A stretch of 64,000 bases of DNA. Source: a virus. Location of the stretch: IMG/VR virus record IMGVR_UViG_3300009593_002680, one strand, 5' to 3'. The translations under genes were made by a program, and so were the position numbers. The notes below the pieces were generated by a model. That model ran no database searches, was not told the origin of the DNA, and worked only from the letters and a program-made list of their open reading frames with translations. The first letter of the stretch is position 1. Each line of letters begins with the position of its first letter. This document shows positions 28,390 to 38,485 of the stretch, in pieces.

Positions 28390-28767
28390 ATGAGTAACTT
28401 AAACACACAAAACCAAAGCAAAGACAAGATTGTTTCAGTAGATGGCTACTGGATTTCAACTGTTACTTGCTATAATGAAAACAATGATGATTCAGTTGTA
28501 GTTCAACTTACTGGATTAGAAAGTATGTGGTATAACCATGAGGAGAACATTGACCACCCAGAAGGTAGTGAATATCCAACTGGTGTTAATGTTGCTCATA
28601 GGAACGTAATGGTGAATAGAGTTGCTGATAGTATTTTAGCAAGAACTGGTATTAACATTAAAGATTATGATAGTGTTATCCATGCTTCTACTTCACCAGG
28701 TAGAAATCCAGATGGTAGTTTTATTGAATCTGGTTTTGAAGATAGAGTTATTAGGAACGTAGCCTAA
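28390..28767 (+). CDS. hypothetical protein
   Basis: 125 aa ORF with AGGA SD. Confidence 0.6.
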   Translation: MSNLNTQNQSKDKIVSVDGYWISTVTCYNENNDDSVVVQLTGLESMWYNHEENIDHPEGSEYPTGVNVAHRNVMVNRVADSILARTGINIKDYDSVIHASTSPGRNPDGSFIESGFEDRVIRNVA

Positions 28768-28791
28768 CAAAAAACAAAAAGGAGATCCAAT

Positions 28792-29349
28792 ATGGGTAGT
28801 ATGGAAACACTTTATGCAGTATTAATGTCAATGATGTTGAGTTATGCACCTTATAATGCAACTGACGTCGTGATAGATAGAGATGAAGCATTTTGTTTAG
28901 CACAAAATGTTTTTATGGAAGCCAAAGGTGAAAACCTTGCAGGCAAATCAGCAGTAGCACATGTCACACTTAATAGAGTGGCACACAAAAAATATCCAAA
29001 CACAATTTGTGGTGTTACAAAACAAGCCAAACTAAGAGTTAATTGGAGAGGATACGAAGTTCCTATTATAGGTATGTGTCAGTTCAGTTGGTATTGTGAT
29101 GGCAAGTCTGACAAGATACAAGTCGTGTATGAAAAAGGAACTAGAAAAGGAAAAGCAATAGGACCAAACATGGAAGCCTGGAAACAAAGTGTTCAAGTTT
29201 CATTATTGGCTATGTATGGTGTAACAATTGATCCAACAAGTGGTGCGACACATTATTATAACCATAATATCAGTCAACCTAATTGGGGTCAAGTGTATCC
29301 AGTTGTTGCTATTTTAAGCAATCATACCTTCTTAGTTAGAACTGATTAA
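28792..29349 (+). CDS. SleB/CwlJ-type cell wall hydrolase (Hydrolase_2)
   Basis: CLAQNVFMEAKGE, VAHVTLNRV, PNTICGV, QFSW, GATHYY. Confidence 0.85.
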   Translation: MGSMETLYAVLMSMMLSYAPYNATDVVIDRDEAFCLAQNVFMEAKGENLAGKSAVAHVTLNRVAHKKYPNTICGVTKQAKLRVNWRGYEVPIIGMCQFSWYCDGKSDKIQVVYEKGTRKGKAIGPNMEAWKQSVQVSLLAMYGVTIDPTSGATHYYNHNISQPNWGQVYPVVAILSNHTFLVRTD

Positions 29350-29397
29350 AACATTACTTTAAGATAAATACTCTTGTAGGAAAACACAGGAGTAGTT

Positions 29398-29856
29398 ATG
29401 TACGAGTACAGATGTAAAGTCATCAGAGTGATTGATGGCGACACAGTGGACGTAGACATCGATTTAGGTTTTGATATCATGCTCAGAGACGAAAGAGTTC
29501 GTATTATGGGTATCGACACACCAGAAAGCAGAACTAGAGATAAAGTTGAAAAGAAATTTGGCTTGGCTAGTAAGGCTAGATTAAAAGAACTCATAGGTGG
29601 AAAATCAGGACCAATTCTAAAAACCCAGATTAACAAAAAAGGCGAAGACATGCGAGGCAAGTTTGGTCGTATATTAGGTGACTTTGTTACCGACGACGGC
29701 AGAATGGTAACTGAAATCTTAGTTGAAGAAGGACATGCAGTTGCATACTTTGGCGGTAGTAAAGAAGAAATTCAAGATAAGCATATGGCTAATCGTAAAA
29801 AGTTAATCAGAGAAGGTTTTATCGATATTACTGAAGAAGAAGCCGGAATAGTTTAA
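29398..29856 (+). CDS. thermonuclease (SNase-like)
   Basis: VIRVIDGDT, RVRIMGIDTPE, GKFGRILG. Confidence 0.9.
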   Translation: MYEYRCKVIRVIDGDTVDVDIDLGFDIMLRDERVRIMGIDTPESRTRDKVEKKFGLASKARLKELIGGKSGPILKTQINKKGEDMRGKFGRILGDFVTDDGRMVTEILVEEGHAVAYFGGSKEEIQDKHMANRKKLIREGFIDITEEEAGIV

Positions 29857-29886
29857 TCAAATTATTATTTCCAATTAAATATCCAT

Positions 29887-30462
29887 ATGTTAAAGTGGCA
29901 ATCGACTATTGGATTTTTTAATCCAGAAAAAGCATCAACAGTTGAAGAATTAATAAAAACTTATGTTACACCTGATACAAATTGTATTGAGGTTGGAGTT
30001 TTTTGTGGAAAAAGTTTAATGCATTTGCTAGAAGTAGGAAATCCAAAACATGTATTTGCAATAGATCCTTTTGAAGGCAAAATAAATCAAACTTTAAAGA
30101 CTATAATAGATATGGATATTGATTACAATATGCATTACAAGTATGACAAAGTTTTAAAAAGGTTTAAAGACTTTGATAATGTAACATTTTACAAAGATTA
30201 CTCTCCCCTAACTGACCAAACATTTCCAGACATTGGATATGCATTTGTAGATGGTAATCACACTAAAGAAAATGTTTTAAAAGATGCAGAATGGATTTAT
30301 TCTTTAATGACTAACGGTATTATAGTGTTTGATGATTATGCTATAGAAGGTGTTAAAAATGCATTAGTGTATTTTGCAGAAAAGTACAAACTTGAACTAG
30401 TTGTATCTAACCCAACAACATATAGTGAAACTATTGCCTGGATTATAGTAGAAAAAGGTTGA
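29887..30462 (+). CDS. class I SAM methyltransferase (Methyltransf_24-like)
   Basis: IEVGVFCGKS, AIDPF, FVDGNH, IVFDDY. Confidence 0.85.
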   Translation: MLKWQSTIGFFNPEKASTVEELIKTYVTPDTNCIEVGVFCGKSLMHLLEVGNPKHVFAIDPFEGKINQTLKTIIDMDIDYNMHYKYDKVLKRFKDFDNVTFYKDYSPLTDQTFPDIGYAFVDGNHTKENVLKDAEWIYSLMTNGIIVFDDYAIEGVKNALVYFAEKYKLELVVSNPTTYSETIAWIIVEKG

Positions 30463-30486
30463 CATTTCATATATAATCTATATAAT
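30459..30486 (+). promoter_or_regulatory. sigma70-type promoter (GG)TTGACA-N16-TATAAT
   Basis: Consensus hexamers. Confidence 0.65.
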
Positions 30487-30508
30487 ATAAAAATTACAGG
30501 AAAATACT

Positions 30509-30802
30509 ATGTTAATTGAAGTTATAAAAGAAGGCGAGGTTGTTAGTTGTAGACTTACAACTGGTGAAGAATTAATCGCAAGATTAAAGAAAGATAATAG
30601 AGATAAAGGTTCTGTAGAACTAACACAACCTCTTATAGTTGGTAGAGGACCTGAAGGATTTGGACTTATGCCATATATGATGACAGTTAATCCTGATACC
30701 ACAGTAGAAATTAAAATGGAACACATTTTAAGTATGGCAAAGACTAACGACGAAATCACAAAAGGTTATACAAAACAAACAAGCAAGATAGAGACATTAT
30801 AA
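30509..30802 (+). CDS. small beta-rich (Sm/SH3-like) hypothetical protein
   Basis: RLTTGEELIAR pattern; 97 aa. Confidence 0.5.
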   Translation: MLIEVIKEGEVVSCRLTTGEELIARLKKDNRDKGSVELTQPLIVGRGPEGFGLMPYMMTVNPDTTVEIKMEHILSMAKTNDEITKGYTKQTSKIETL

Positions 30803-31296
30803 TGACAAAAAGATATTATTCAGGAAAAACTTATGCACATAACACAGGACATAGTTGTGCATTTAGGCAATGGCGAGCAGATAGTCATTGTAATTTAATA
30901 CACGGTTACGCATTACAGTTTGAATTCGTATTTGGTGGAGATGAACTTGATGAACGTAACTGGATAGTGGACTTCGGAGGATTGAAGCCACTTAAAGAAT
31001 GGTTGAAATATATGTTTGACCATACATACTTGTTAGCAAGTGACGACCCAGAGTTTGAAACATTTCAAATGTTAGCAGACAAAAATCTTATTGATTTAAG
31101 AGTTGTTGGCGGAACAGGTTGTGAAAGATTTGCCGAACAGGCATTTGATGAAGCAGACAGAATTGTTAAAGAACTAACTGAAGGTAGATGTTGGGTTCAA
31201 AAATGTACTGTTAGAGAACATGAGGCAAATAGTGCCACAGTTGAATTAAATGACCATCAAAAAGTTCATTGGTCAATGAACCCTGAAGACAAATAA
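30802..31296 (+). CDS. queD: 6-carboxytetrahydropterin synthase (QueD/PTPS family)
   Basis: HSCAFRQWRADSHCNLIHGY, VDFGGLK, FDHT. Confidence 0.85.
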   Translation: MTKRYYSGKTYAHNTGHSCAFRQWRADSHCNLIHGYALQFEFVFGGDELDERNWIVDFGGLKPLKEWLKYMFDHTYLLASDDPEFETFQMLADKNLIDLRVVGGTGCERFAEQAFDEADRIVKELTEGRCWVQKCTVREHEANSATVELNDHQKVHWSMNPEDK

Positions 31297-31865
31297 TATT
31301 CTACTTCATCTGAAGTTATAGATTTCCTTCCTGGATTGTCTGGGAAAACACAACAAGGTTGAACATTATAGAAACTATTGTTTTCTTCACACCATAATCT
31401 TTTATAATATTTTCCTTCACTATCAAGTTCTATCCAAATCTTATTTTCAAAGTCAACTAATACGTTTTCCATATCACGTCCTTCTTGAACATGTGCATGA
31501 CGTTGCAGTCTATCTAAATAATATCCATCATCACTGATACCATATATAGGCATAGCCATATTCCAACCATGTGTTTGTTCCCATTCTAAATATTCTTCTT
31601 CTGATAACTCTTGTAAATGCCACATAGGTCTATATACACCTGTATTATCTGAGTAAGTTTCACTCAACCATTCTTTTTCTTGTTCCCAAGGGTCTTTATG
31701 CTCTGTTTTTACAAAAGTGTTTATTAAAACGTCATTAAAATACTTGTTAATAACTTTTCCACCATTAGTAGTAGTGTAATAAAGTTCTTGGTTGAATTGT
31801 CTTGAGTCAAAAACCACACATTTTAATAGGTTTTGTGCGGTATCGTGTGTCCATGTAAGTTCCAT
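31266..31865 (-). CDS. hypothetical protein
   Basis: ORF; start moved to the ATG 5 nt after ATAAATA (31871-31877, minus). Confidence 0.6.
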   Translation of the reverse strand: MELTWTHDTAQNLLKCVVFDSRQFNQELYYTTTNGGKVINKYFNDVLINTFVKTEHKDPWEQEKEWLSETYSDNTGVYRPMWHLQELSEEEYLEWEQTHGWNMAMPIYGISDDGYYLDRLQRHAHVQEGRDMENVLVDFENKIWIELDSEGKYYKRLWCEENNSFYNVQPCCVFPDNPGRKSITSDEVEYYLSSGFIDQ

Positions 31866-31922
31866 AATCATATTTATGTCCAAACTGTTTTAATTATACG
31901 CAAAATACCGATAAATAGTTGC

Positions 31923-33326
31923 ATGTTATTCGGTATATTAACTTTAATAACTGCTCTTGCCATCGCCGGAGTAGCCGCCTGGTTCAGTATTGCTGGACTT
32001 ATGGCTATATTCAGTGCCGCCGCAACACCGATTGCTGTAATGGCTGGTACACTTGAAGTAGGTAAACTTCTGACAGCAAGTTGGTTATATAGATATTGGA
32101 ATGAAACTTCATTTGCCTTGAAGGCATATCTGTCGACTGCTGTTTTTGTATTAATGTTAATAACCAGTATGGGTATCTTTGGATATCTTAGTAAAGCACA
32201 CTTGGATCAAGCAAGTGAAAGTGGAGATGCTTTTGCTATTGTAGAACGTATTGACGGACAAATAGGCAGAGAAGAAAACAAAATATCAATACTTGAAGAT
32301 AGAATATTAGGTATAGGCGGAACAGTAGATGTTAGCGAAAGCATTAAACAACAAGAAGAAATAAGAGATGGTGCATGGGAAAGAGTACAAGGAGACATTG
32401 ATTATGCACAAGGACAAATAAATCAACTTAGAGACCAACTAGCAGTTTTAGACAAAGCAGTAAATGACCTTAGAGAAAAAGGTGTAGAAGTAGTTACACT
32501 TGATGAGGGTGGAGCATTTAGACAAGCAGAAACAGAAAAAATAGATTATGTTGCACAGGCAACAGCATTATTTGAATCTCAAAAACCACAACGTGAAAGT
32601 ATTCAAGCAGATATTAATAAACAACAAGACAACATTGACAAGTATAGAGCACAGGCTCAAAAAGTTATAGACGATGCCAATGCAGAAATCAACAGACTAA
32701 GAAATAGTAATACAGAACAACAAGATAGCAATTTAATTAAGATAGACGATTATAACAATCAGATAGATGAGATTTACGATACTATAGCAACACTTAAAGA
32801 TGAGAAATATGAAGCAGAAAGTGTTGTAAGAACATTAGAAAAAGAAGTAGGACCAATTAAGTATGTAGCACAATTACTTTTTGGAGGAGACAGCGAAGAT
32901 TTATTGGATAAAGCAGTACAAGTATTCATTTTAATGCTAGTATTTGTATTTGATCCACTAGCAGTTATGCTAGTTATCGCGGCAAACCAAACGTTATTAC
33001 GTTATGGAATCAACTTAGAAAAAACAGGTCCTGATATTAGAGATGAACTACAAAAAGATGTAGATTATGGTTCGGTAAAAGAACCAAGTGCGGTAGATGA
33101 TGCCGCAGATGTTATGTCAGGTTATAAACAACCTGCACCTATGATTGTAGAAAAAGAAGTTATTAAGGAAGTGCCTGTTGAGGTCATCAAAGAAGTTGAA
33201 GTTGAAAAAGTTGTCGAAAAAGAAGTAGAAGCAGAAGTTGATTTAAGTACACCACCTGCTATTAAAGAATTAGAAAAACGACTTGCAAAGAAACTGAAGA
33301 AAGATGGCAAAAAAGATAACAGTTAA
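31923..33326 (+). CDS. membrane-anchored coiled-coil protein with C-terminal EKxVEVPVE repeats
   Basis: N-terminal TM helices, long heptad region, further TM, repeat tail; ATAAATA (31911-31917) 5 nt before ATG. Confidence 0.65.
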   Translation: MLFGILTLITALAIAGVAAWFSIAGLMAIFSAAATPIAVMAGTLEVGKLLTASWLYRYWNETSFALKAYLSTAVFVLMLITSMGIFGYLSKAHLDQASESGDAFAIVERIDGQIGREENKISILEDRILGIGGTVDVSESIKQQEEIRDGAWERVQGDIDYAQGQINQLRDQLAVLDKAVNDLREKGVEVVTLDEGGAFRQAETEKIDYVAQATALFESQKPQRESIQADINKQQDNIDKYRAQAQKVIDDANAEINRLRNSNTEQQDSNLIKIDDYNNQIDEIYDTIATLKDEKYEAESVVRTLEKEVGPIKYVAQLLFGGDSEDLLDKAVQVFILMLVFVFDPLAVMLVIAANQTLLRYGINLEKTGPDIRDELQKDVDYGSVKEPSAVDDAADVMSGYKQPAPMIVEKEVIKEVPVEVIKEVEVEKVVEKEVEAEVDLSTPPAIKELEKRLAKKLKKDGKKDNS

Positions 33327-34209
33327 ACAAGCACTCGATAGTTTAAATACAAAGTATGCTAACACTCTAGTAATGTTAGATGATGCTTTGGATTTAATAG
33401 AAGATTTAGAAACACAGTTGGCTCAGAAACCTAAGGAGGTGGAAATTGAGGTCGAAAAAGTTGTCACAGTTGAGAAGAAGGTCGAGGTCCCAAAAGAGAA
33501 GTTGGTCACTATCGAAAAAGAGGTCCCAGGACCAGAACGAATCGTCGAAGTCCCCGTCGAAGTAATCAAAGAAATTCCTATAGAAGTAGAAGTAGAAAAA
33601 ATTGTTGAAAAAACAGTTGAAAAGGAAGTGCCTGTAGAAGTTATTAAAGAAGTTGAAGTAGAAAAGATTGTAGAAAAACAAGTTAAAGTTAAAGTACCAG
33701 TAGAAGTAGAAAAAATTGTTGAAGTAGAAAAGATTGTAGAAAAAGAAGTAGAAGTAGAAAAGATTGTACATGTACCAGGACCAGAACGTGTTGTTGTGAG
33801 AACAGACAATGGTGAAATAGATAAATTAAAAGTACAAGTAGAAGAATTAGAGAAGAAATTAAAAATTAAACCTAAAGTAGTTGAAAAACTAGTTGAAGTA
33901 CCTGTAGAAAAAATAGTTGAAGTACCTGTTGAAGTAGAAGTTGTAAGAGAGATAGAAAAAATAGTTGAAGGACCAAGACGTCCTAAAGTTATAGAGAAAG
34001 ATGCCACCGGAGACTTATTAGGAGCGGCAACACTTATAGCAAACAGCGAAATGAATGTAAATGATTTAAGTACACAAGAAGTACTCACAATGCTTAAAGA
34101 ATTAAGCCAAGAAGATGTAAATAAACAGTTAGGGTTTTGGGCAATACCACTACCGACAGACGGCGACCAAGACGACACAGACGACAAACCGAGGTATTTA
34201 AAGAAGTAA
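33304..34209 (+). CDS. V/E/K/P repeat protein (EKIVEVPVEV repeats)
   Basis: About 200 aa of VEKIVE/VPVEV repeats between short unique termini. Confidence 0.75.
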   Translation: MAKKITVKQALDSLNTKYANTLVMLDDALDLIEDLETQLAQKPKEVEIEVEKVVTVEKKVEVPKEKLVTIEKEVPGPERIVEVPVEVIKEIPIEVEVEKIVEKTVEKEVPVEVIKEVEVEKIVEKQVKVKVPVEVEKIVEVEKIVEKEVEVEKIVHVPGPERVVVRTDNGEIDKLKVQVEELEKKLKIKPKVVEKLVEVPVEKIVEVPVEVEVVREIEKIVEGPRRPKVIEKDATGDLLGAATLIANSEMNVNDLSTQEVLTMLKELSQEDVNKQLGFWAIPLPTDGDQDDTDDKPRYLKK

Positions 34210-35481
34210 ATGGCAGACAATAAAGATAAAGAAAATTTATCGTGTGGTTTTTGCGGTAAAAAACGTTTCGAAGTTAAAAAACTTATTGCAGGACCTAATT
34301 CATACATTTGCAATGAGTGTATCAGTATAAGTTATAAAATTATTAATGATGAAGATATAACAGAAGACCTAGACTTAGAAGTAATACCAACTCCAGAAGA
34401 AATTAAAGCACATTTAGATGAAACAGTTATTAGTCAAGAATATGCTAAAGAAGTTTTAAGTGTATGTGCATATAATCATTATAAAAAGATATATCACGAT
34501 ACAGATGATATAAAATTAGAAAAAAGTAATGTGATAATGATGGGTGCAACAGGCACAGGTAAAACATTACTAGCACAAACATTAGCAGAAATGCTTAAAG
34601 TTCCTTTTACAATAGCAGATGCTACAACATTAACTGAAGCAGGGTATGTTGGGGAAGATGTTGAAAGTGTATTAGAACGTTTATTGAATGCTTGTGATTG
34701 GAATGTTGATTTAGCACAAAAGGGTATAGTGTTCATAGATGAGATAGATAAAAAGGCCCGTAGCAAAGAATCTAACGCCTCTACAAAGGATATTAGTGGC
34801 GAAGGTGTACAACAAGCACTCTTAAGATTAATAGAAGGCACAACTGTTAAGGTTACAACAAATGGTTCAAAACGTATGGATCAATTTATAGACTTTGATA
34901 CATCTAATGTATTGTTTATATGTAGTGGTGCATTTGTAGGACTAGAAAGCAAAATAAAAAGCAGAATGAAAGTTAAGAAAGTTGGCTTTAACTCAGATAT
35001 ATCAAAAAACAAAGTTAGTAAAGTAAAATGGCAAGACCATATAGACCAAGAAGACCTAATTAGTTATGGATTAATACCTGAACTAGTGGGTAGGCTACCT
35101 AATTTAATTACGTTAGACGAGCTCACAGAGGACGACATGGTATCAATATTAAACAATTCTAAAGCAAGTGTTATACCACAAGTTAAGAAGTTGTTAGAAT
35201 ATGATGAAATAGAATTAAGTTTTGAACAGCAATATATTAAAGACATAGCCAAGATGGCATCTAAAACAAAAACAGGTGCTAGAGGACTAAAATCTATAGT
35301 AGAGAACAGTTTACATAATATTATGTTCAGAGCGCCTAAACTCAAGGAAAATGGAGTTAAGAACATTTTCTTTAAACAATACCCAACAAAATCGGTTGAC
35401 AGTTATCCTACATTAGTATATACTAACGGTAATGAAAAAACTGATTCAGAATACAAAATTAAACTACGAGGTAAAAGTTGA
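34210..35481 (+). CDS. clpX: ATP-dependent Clp protease ATPase subunit ClpX
   Basis: Zn finger CGFC...CNEC, Walker [13 protein letters not shown] pore loop, IDEIDK, SGEGVQQ, VGF loop, GARGL. Confidence 0.97.
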   Translation: MADNKDKENLSCGFCGKKRFEVKKLIAGPNSYICNECISISYKIINDEDITEDLDLEVIPTPEEIKAHLDETVISQEYAKEVLSVCAYNHYKKIYHDTDDIKLEKSNVIMMGATGTGKTLLAQTLAEMLKVPFTIADATTLTEAGYVGEDVESVLERLLNACDWNVDLAQKGIVFIDEIDKKARSKESNASTKDISGEGVQQALLRLIEGTTVKVTTNGSKRMDQFIDFDTSNVLFICSGAFVGLESKIKSRMKVKKVGFNSDISKNKVSKVKWQDHIDQEDLISYGLIPELVGRLPNLITLDELTEDDMVSILNNSKASVIPQVKKLLEYDEIELSFEQQYIKDIAKMASKTKTGARGLKSIVENSLHNIMFRAPKLKENGVKNIFFKQYPTKSVDSYPTLVYTNGNEKTDSEYKIKLRGKS

Positions 35482-35900
35482 ACAAATCTAAAGGAAGACA
35501 AGACAACAAGGATTTCACAAAAAAGTGGAACAACAAAAGGCGAGATGACAAGCCTAAAAAAGAAGAGCACTATTTAGATAAGTTCAAATCATCAATTGAA
35601 GTTAGGAATAACGATGTTGGTAAAGCATTAAGGATTTTAAAACGTAGATTGGAAAAAGCAGATTTCCAAAAGGAAATGGCAAAGCAACAATATTATGAAA
35701 AGCCTAGTGCAAAACGCAATCGTAAAAAGCAACAAGCAGTAAAACGTTGGCAGAAGTATGTACGTGATGCAGAAGCACGTGGAGAAATGAAACAATACTT
35801 ACCCACAGGAACAAAGTGGATGAAATCAAAACGTAAAACAAGACGTGTTAGAGACTACAACGAAAAGATTGCTCGTATGCAGAGAAAACGTGGTTTCTAA
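35478..35900 (+). CDS. rpsU: ribosomal protein bS21 homolog with basic extensions
   Basis: IEVRNNDVGKALRILKRRL...YYEKPSAKR; TTG start. Confidence 0.85.
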   Translation: MNKSKGRQDNKDFTKKWNNKRRDDKPKKEEHYLDKFKSSIEVRNNDVGKALRILKRRLEKADFQKEMAKQQYYEKPSAKRNRKKQQAVKRWQKYVRDAEARGEMKQYLPTGTKWMKSKRKTRRVRDYNEKIARMQRKRGF

Positions 35901-36676
35901 TGCACAAAACAGTAGTCATAGTTAGTGGAGGCTTTGATCCGCTACATTCAGGACACATAAGTTACTTAGAGTCAGCAAAACGATTAGGCGACCATTTAGT
36001 TGTTGCACTAAACAGTGATGATTGGTTAAGTAGAAAAAAAGGCAGGCCCTTTATGCCATTTGAAGAGAGGGCAGGAATTATAGAAAGACTAGACATGGTA
36101 GATAATGTTTGGGGTTTCGATGATAGTGATGGAAGTGCTAAAAAGGCCCTTGAACAAGCCAAGAAGGCTTACACAACAGATAGAATTATCTTTTGCAACG
36201 GAGGTGACAGAACAAAAGATAACATTCCAGAAATGGAAGTCGAGGGTATAGAGTTTGAATTTGGTGTCGGAGGTACAAACAAATCAAACAGTAGCAGTTG
36301 GATACTAAAGGAATGGCAATATCCAACAGAACGCAGAGTATGGGGCGAGTTTAGTGACTTGTTTCAAGATAATGCAGTTCGTGTTAAGGAGTTGATAATA
36401 GAACCAGGGAAAGGTATTAGTTATCAACGGCACTTCAAGAGAAGTGAAATTTGGTTTTGCAGTAAAGGTGAATGCGAGATAAAGTATAGTGCCAGCAATC
36501 CAGATAATTTTACGGTGTTTACTTTAAAAACAGATGAAAACTTTCATGTAAAAGCAAATGAGTGGCATCAGATTGTAAACAGAAGTAAAGATCCATGTCA
36601 TATTATAGAAATACAATATGGTGAAGAAACAACTGAAGATGACATAGAACGTCTTGAGTATTATAACGGAGAATGA
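35900..36676 (+). CDS. cytidylyltransferase-like domain fused to mannose-6-phosphate isomerase-type cupin
   Basis: SGGFDPLHSGH, NGGDR, NSSS; cupin ISYQRHFKRSEIW...WHQ...IEIQYG. Confidence 0.85.
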   Translation: MHKTVVIVSGGFDPLHSGHISYLESAKRLGDHLVVALNSDDWLSRKKGRPFMPFEERAGIIERLDMVDNVWGFDDSDGSAKKALEQAKKAYTTDRIIFCNGGDRTKDNIPEMEVEGIEFEFGVGGTNKSNSSSWILKEWQYPTERRVWGEFSDLFQDNAVRVKELIIEPGKGISYQRHFKRSEIWFCSKGECEIKYSASNPDNFTVFTLKTDENFHVKANEWHQIVNRSKDPCHIIEIQYGEETTEDDIERLEYYNGE

Positions 36677-37119
36677 TGGAATTGAAAGCATTAAACAAAG
36701 AAGAAGTATGTAATATACTTAATGAGATTGTGGAATACGAAATGGCTGGTGTTGTTAGATATGCTCACAGTTCTTTAATGGTTACAGGTCCTTATAGATT
36801 GCCTATTGTTGCATTTTTGCAAGAACAAGCAAATGAAAGTTTACAACATGCCTTACAGGCTGGTGAACTTATTACAGGATTTGGCGGACATCCAAGTCAA
36901 GTAATTGCAAAGATTACTGAATCGCATGACCATTCTATTAGAACAATATTAGAAGAAAGTCTAGAACATGAAACACATGCAGTAAATTTATATAAAAAGT
37001 TATTGACAGTAGTTGCTGATGCAAGTATAATGTTAGAAGAATATGCTAGAGGACAAATTGGCTTAGAAGAACAACATGCTATGGAAATAACTAAAATGCT
37101 AAAAGATTACGCAGAATGA
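36673..37119 (+). CDS. bacterioferritin / ferritin-like protein
   Basis: Four-helix diiron pattern: EMAG...ESLQHA...EHE...EEQH. Confidence 0.75.
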   Translation: MMELKALNKEEVCNILNEIVEYEMAGVVRYAHSSLMVTGPYRLPIVAFLQEQANESLQHALQAGELITGFGGHPSQVIAKITESHDHSIRTILEESLEHETHAVNLYKKLLTVVADASIMLEEYARGQIGLEEQHAMEITKMLKDYAE

Positions 37120-37517
37120 CACGAATTAATATTGTAGAACCAAAAGAATTAACTGACCAACATTTAGTTGCAGAGTATAGAGAAATTTTTATGGTTGGAT
37201 CAGCACTACAACGTAGTCTTAAATCTAAGAGTTGGGACGTTAATAGTATTCCTAAACGATATACTTTAAATAAAGGGCATGTAAAGTTCTTTTACGACAA
37301 AGGTGAATACTTATTTAAAAGGTATGATGACATAAGAGAAGAAATGTTATCAAGGGGTATGAACCCAGATCCTAATCGTGTTTTTAAAACACACCAATGG
37401 CCCAAATCACTATATAAGGATTGGACACCTGAAAAATCAGATTACAAAATAATTAGAAAACGAATACAAGAAAGAATAGCACAGAAACCTGACTGGTATA
37501 GGAAAACACAGACATGA
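37116..37517 (+). CDS. denV: pyrimidine-dimer DNA glycosylase / endonuclease V
   Basis: MTRIN...DQHLVAEYREI...LNKGHVKFFYDK...WY. Confidence 0.92.
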   Translation: MTRINIVEPKELTDQHLVAEYREIFMVGSALQRSLKSKSWDVNSIPKRYTLNKGHVKFFYDKGEYLFKRYDDIREEMLSRGMNPDPNRVFKTHQWPKSLYKDWTPEKSDYKIIRKRIQERIAQKPDWYRKTQT

Positions 37518-37960
37518 AATTGAGTTATAAGGATTGCGGAAAAATAGGATTTACTTGTAGTACATTCGATTTATTACACGCAGGACATATCACAATGTTA
37601 GAAGAAGCCAAACATCATTGTGATTATCTTATTGTAGGATTACAAACAGATCCTACTATAGACAGACCAGATAGTAAAAACGCACCAATACAAAGTTTAG
37701 TAGAAAGACAAATACAGTTAGCGGCTGTAAAATATGTAGATGAAATAGTATGTTATGCAACAGAGCAAGATTTAGAGGATTTACTTTTAACATTACCAAT
37801 TAATGTTAGAGTGTTAGGAGTAGAATACAAAGATAAACAATTTACTGGTAAGCAAATATGTAAAGATAGAAATATCAAGTTAGTCTTTAATGGTAGAGAC
37901 CATAGTTTTAGCAGTACCAGTCTCAGAAAAAGAGTTGCATCACATGAAAATTCTTCTTGA
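37514..37960 (+). CDS. glycerol-3-phosphate cytidylyltransferase-like protein
   Basis: TFDLLHAGH, LIVGL, RDHSFSSTSLR. Confidence 0.85.
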   Translation: MKLSYKDCGKIGFTCSTFDLLHAGHITMLEEAKHHCDYLIVGLQTDPTIDRPDSKNAPIQSLVERQIQLAAVKYVDEIVCYATEQDLEDLLLTLPINVRVLGVEYKDKQFTGKQICKDRNIKLVFNGRDHSFSSTSLRKRVASHENSS

Positions 37961-38381
37961 TTTACTAGAACGGTTAGGTAGAAAAAGAGTAATACTGGAC
38001 CGAATACACCAAGAACCATACTTAACTAGGTACTATTTGTTCCTAAAAGACAGAAAATGGTTCCCTTTTAACTTTTTCTTACACAATTTCCACAAAGGTG
38101 ACCCCGATGACTTACATGACCACCCTTGGCCCTATTGCACAATTATATTAAAAGGCGGATATTGGGAACATACACCCAAAGGAAAGTTTTGGCGTAAAGC
38201 AGGAACTATTAAATTTGCTGGTAGTAAGTCCTTACATAGGATAGAATTAGAGCCAAATGTAGATGTTTGGACTTTATTTTTTGTAGGACCACGTTTTAGA
38301 GAATGGGGATTCATCAAGAAAAACAAGTGGATACATAATGAGACCTATTTAATGCAAAAAAAGGTTGACATTGAACTATAA
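37944..38381 (+). CDS. cupin-like hypothetical protein
   Basis: LHDHPWP...GGYWE...HRIEL. Confidence 0.6.
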   Translation: MKILLDLLERLGRKRVILDRIHQEPYLTRYYLFLKDRKWFPFNFFLHNFHKGDPDDLHDHPWPYCTIILKGGYWEHTPKGKFWRKAGTIKFAGSKSLHRIELEPNVDVWTLFFVGPRFREWGFIKKNKWIHNETYLMQKKVDIEL

Positions 38382-38392
38382 AGAAGTATAAT
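38365..38392 (+). promoter_or_regulatory. sigma70-type promoter (GG)TTGACA-N16-TATAAT
   Basis: Consensus hexamers. Confidence 0.7.
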
Positions 38393-38485
38393 AGTGTATA
38401 AGTTAAGGAATTGTCCTTAGCAAAATAAACAACTATGATAAAGTATATTTTTAAAATAGTTAATATGTTGAAATTAGGAGGTCAT

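Noticed and set aside
33406-34313. Long minus-strand S/T/F-rich ORFs
   Set aside because: Antisense products of the low-complexity EKIVEVP repeat gene
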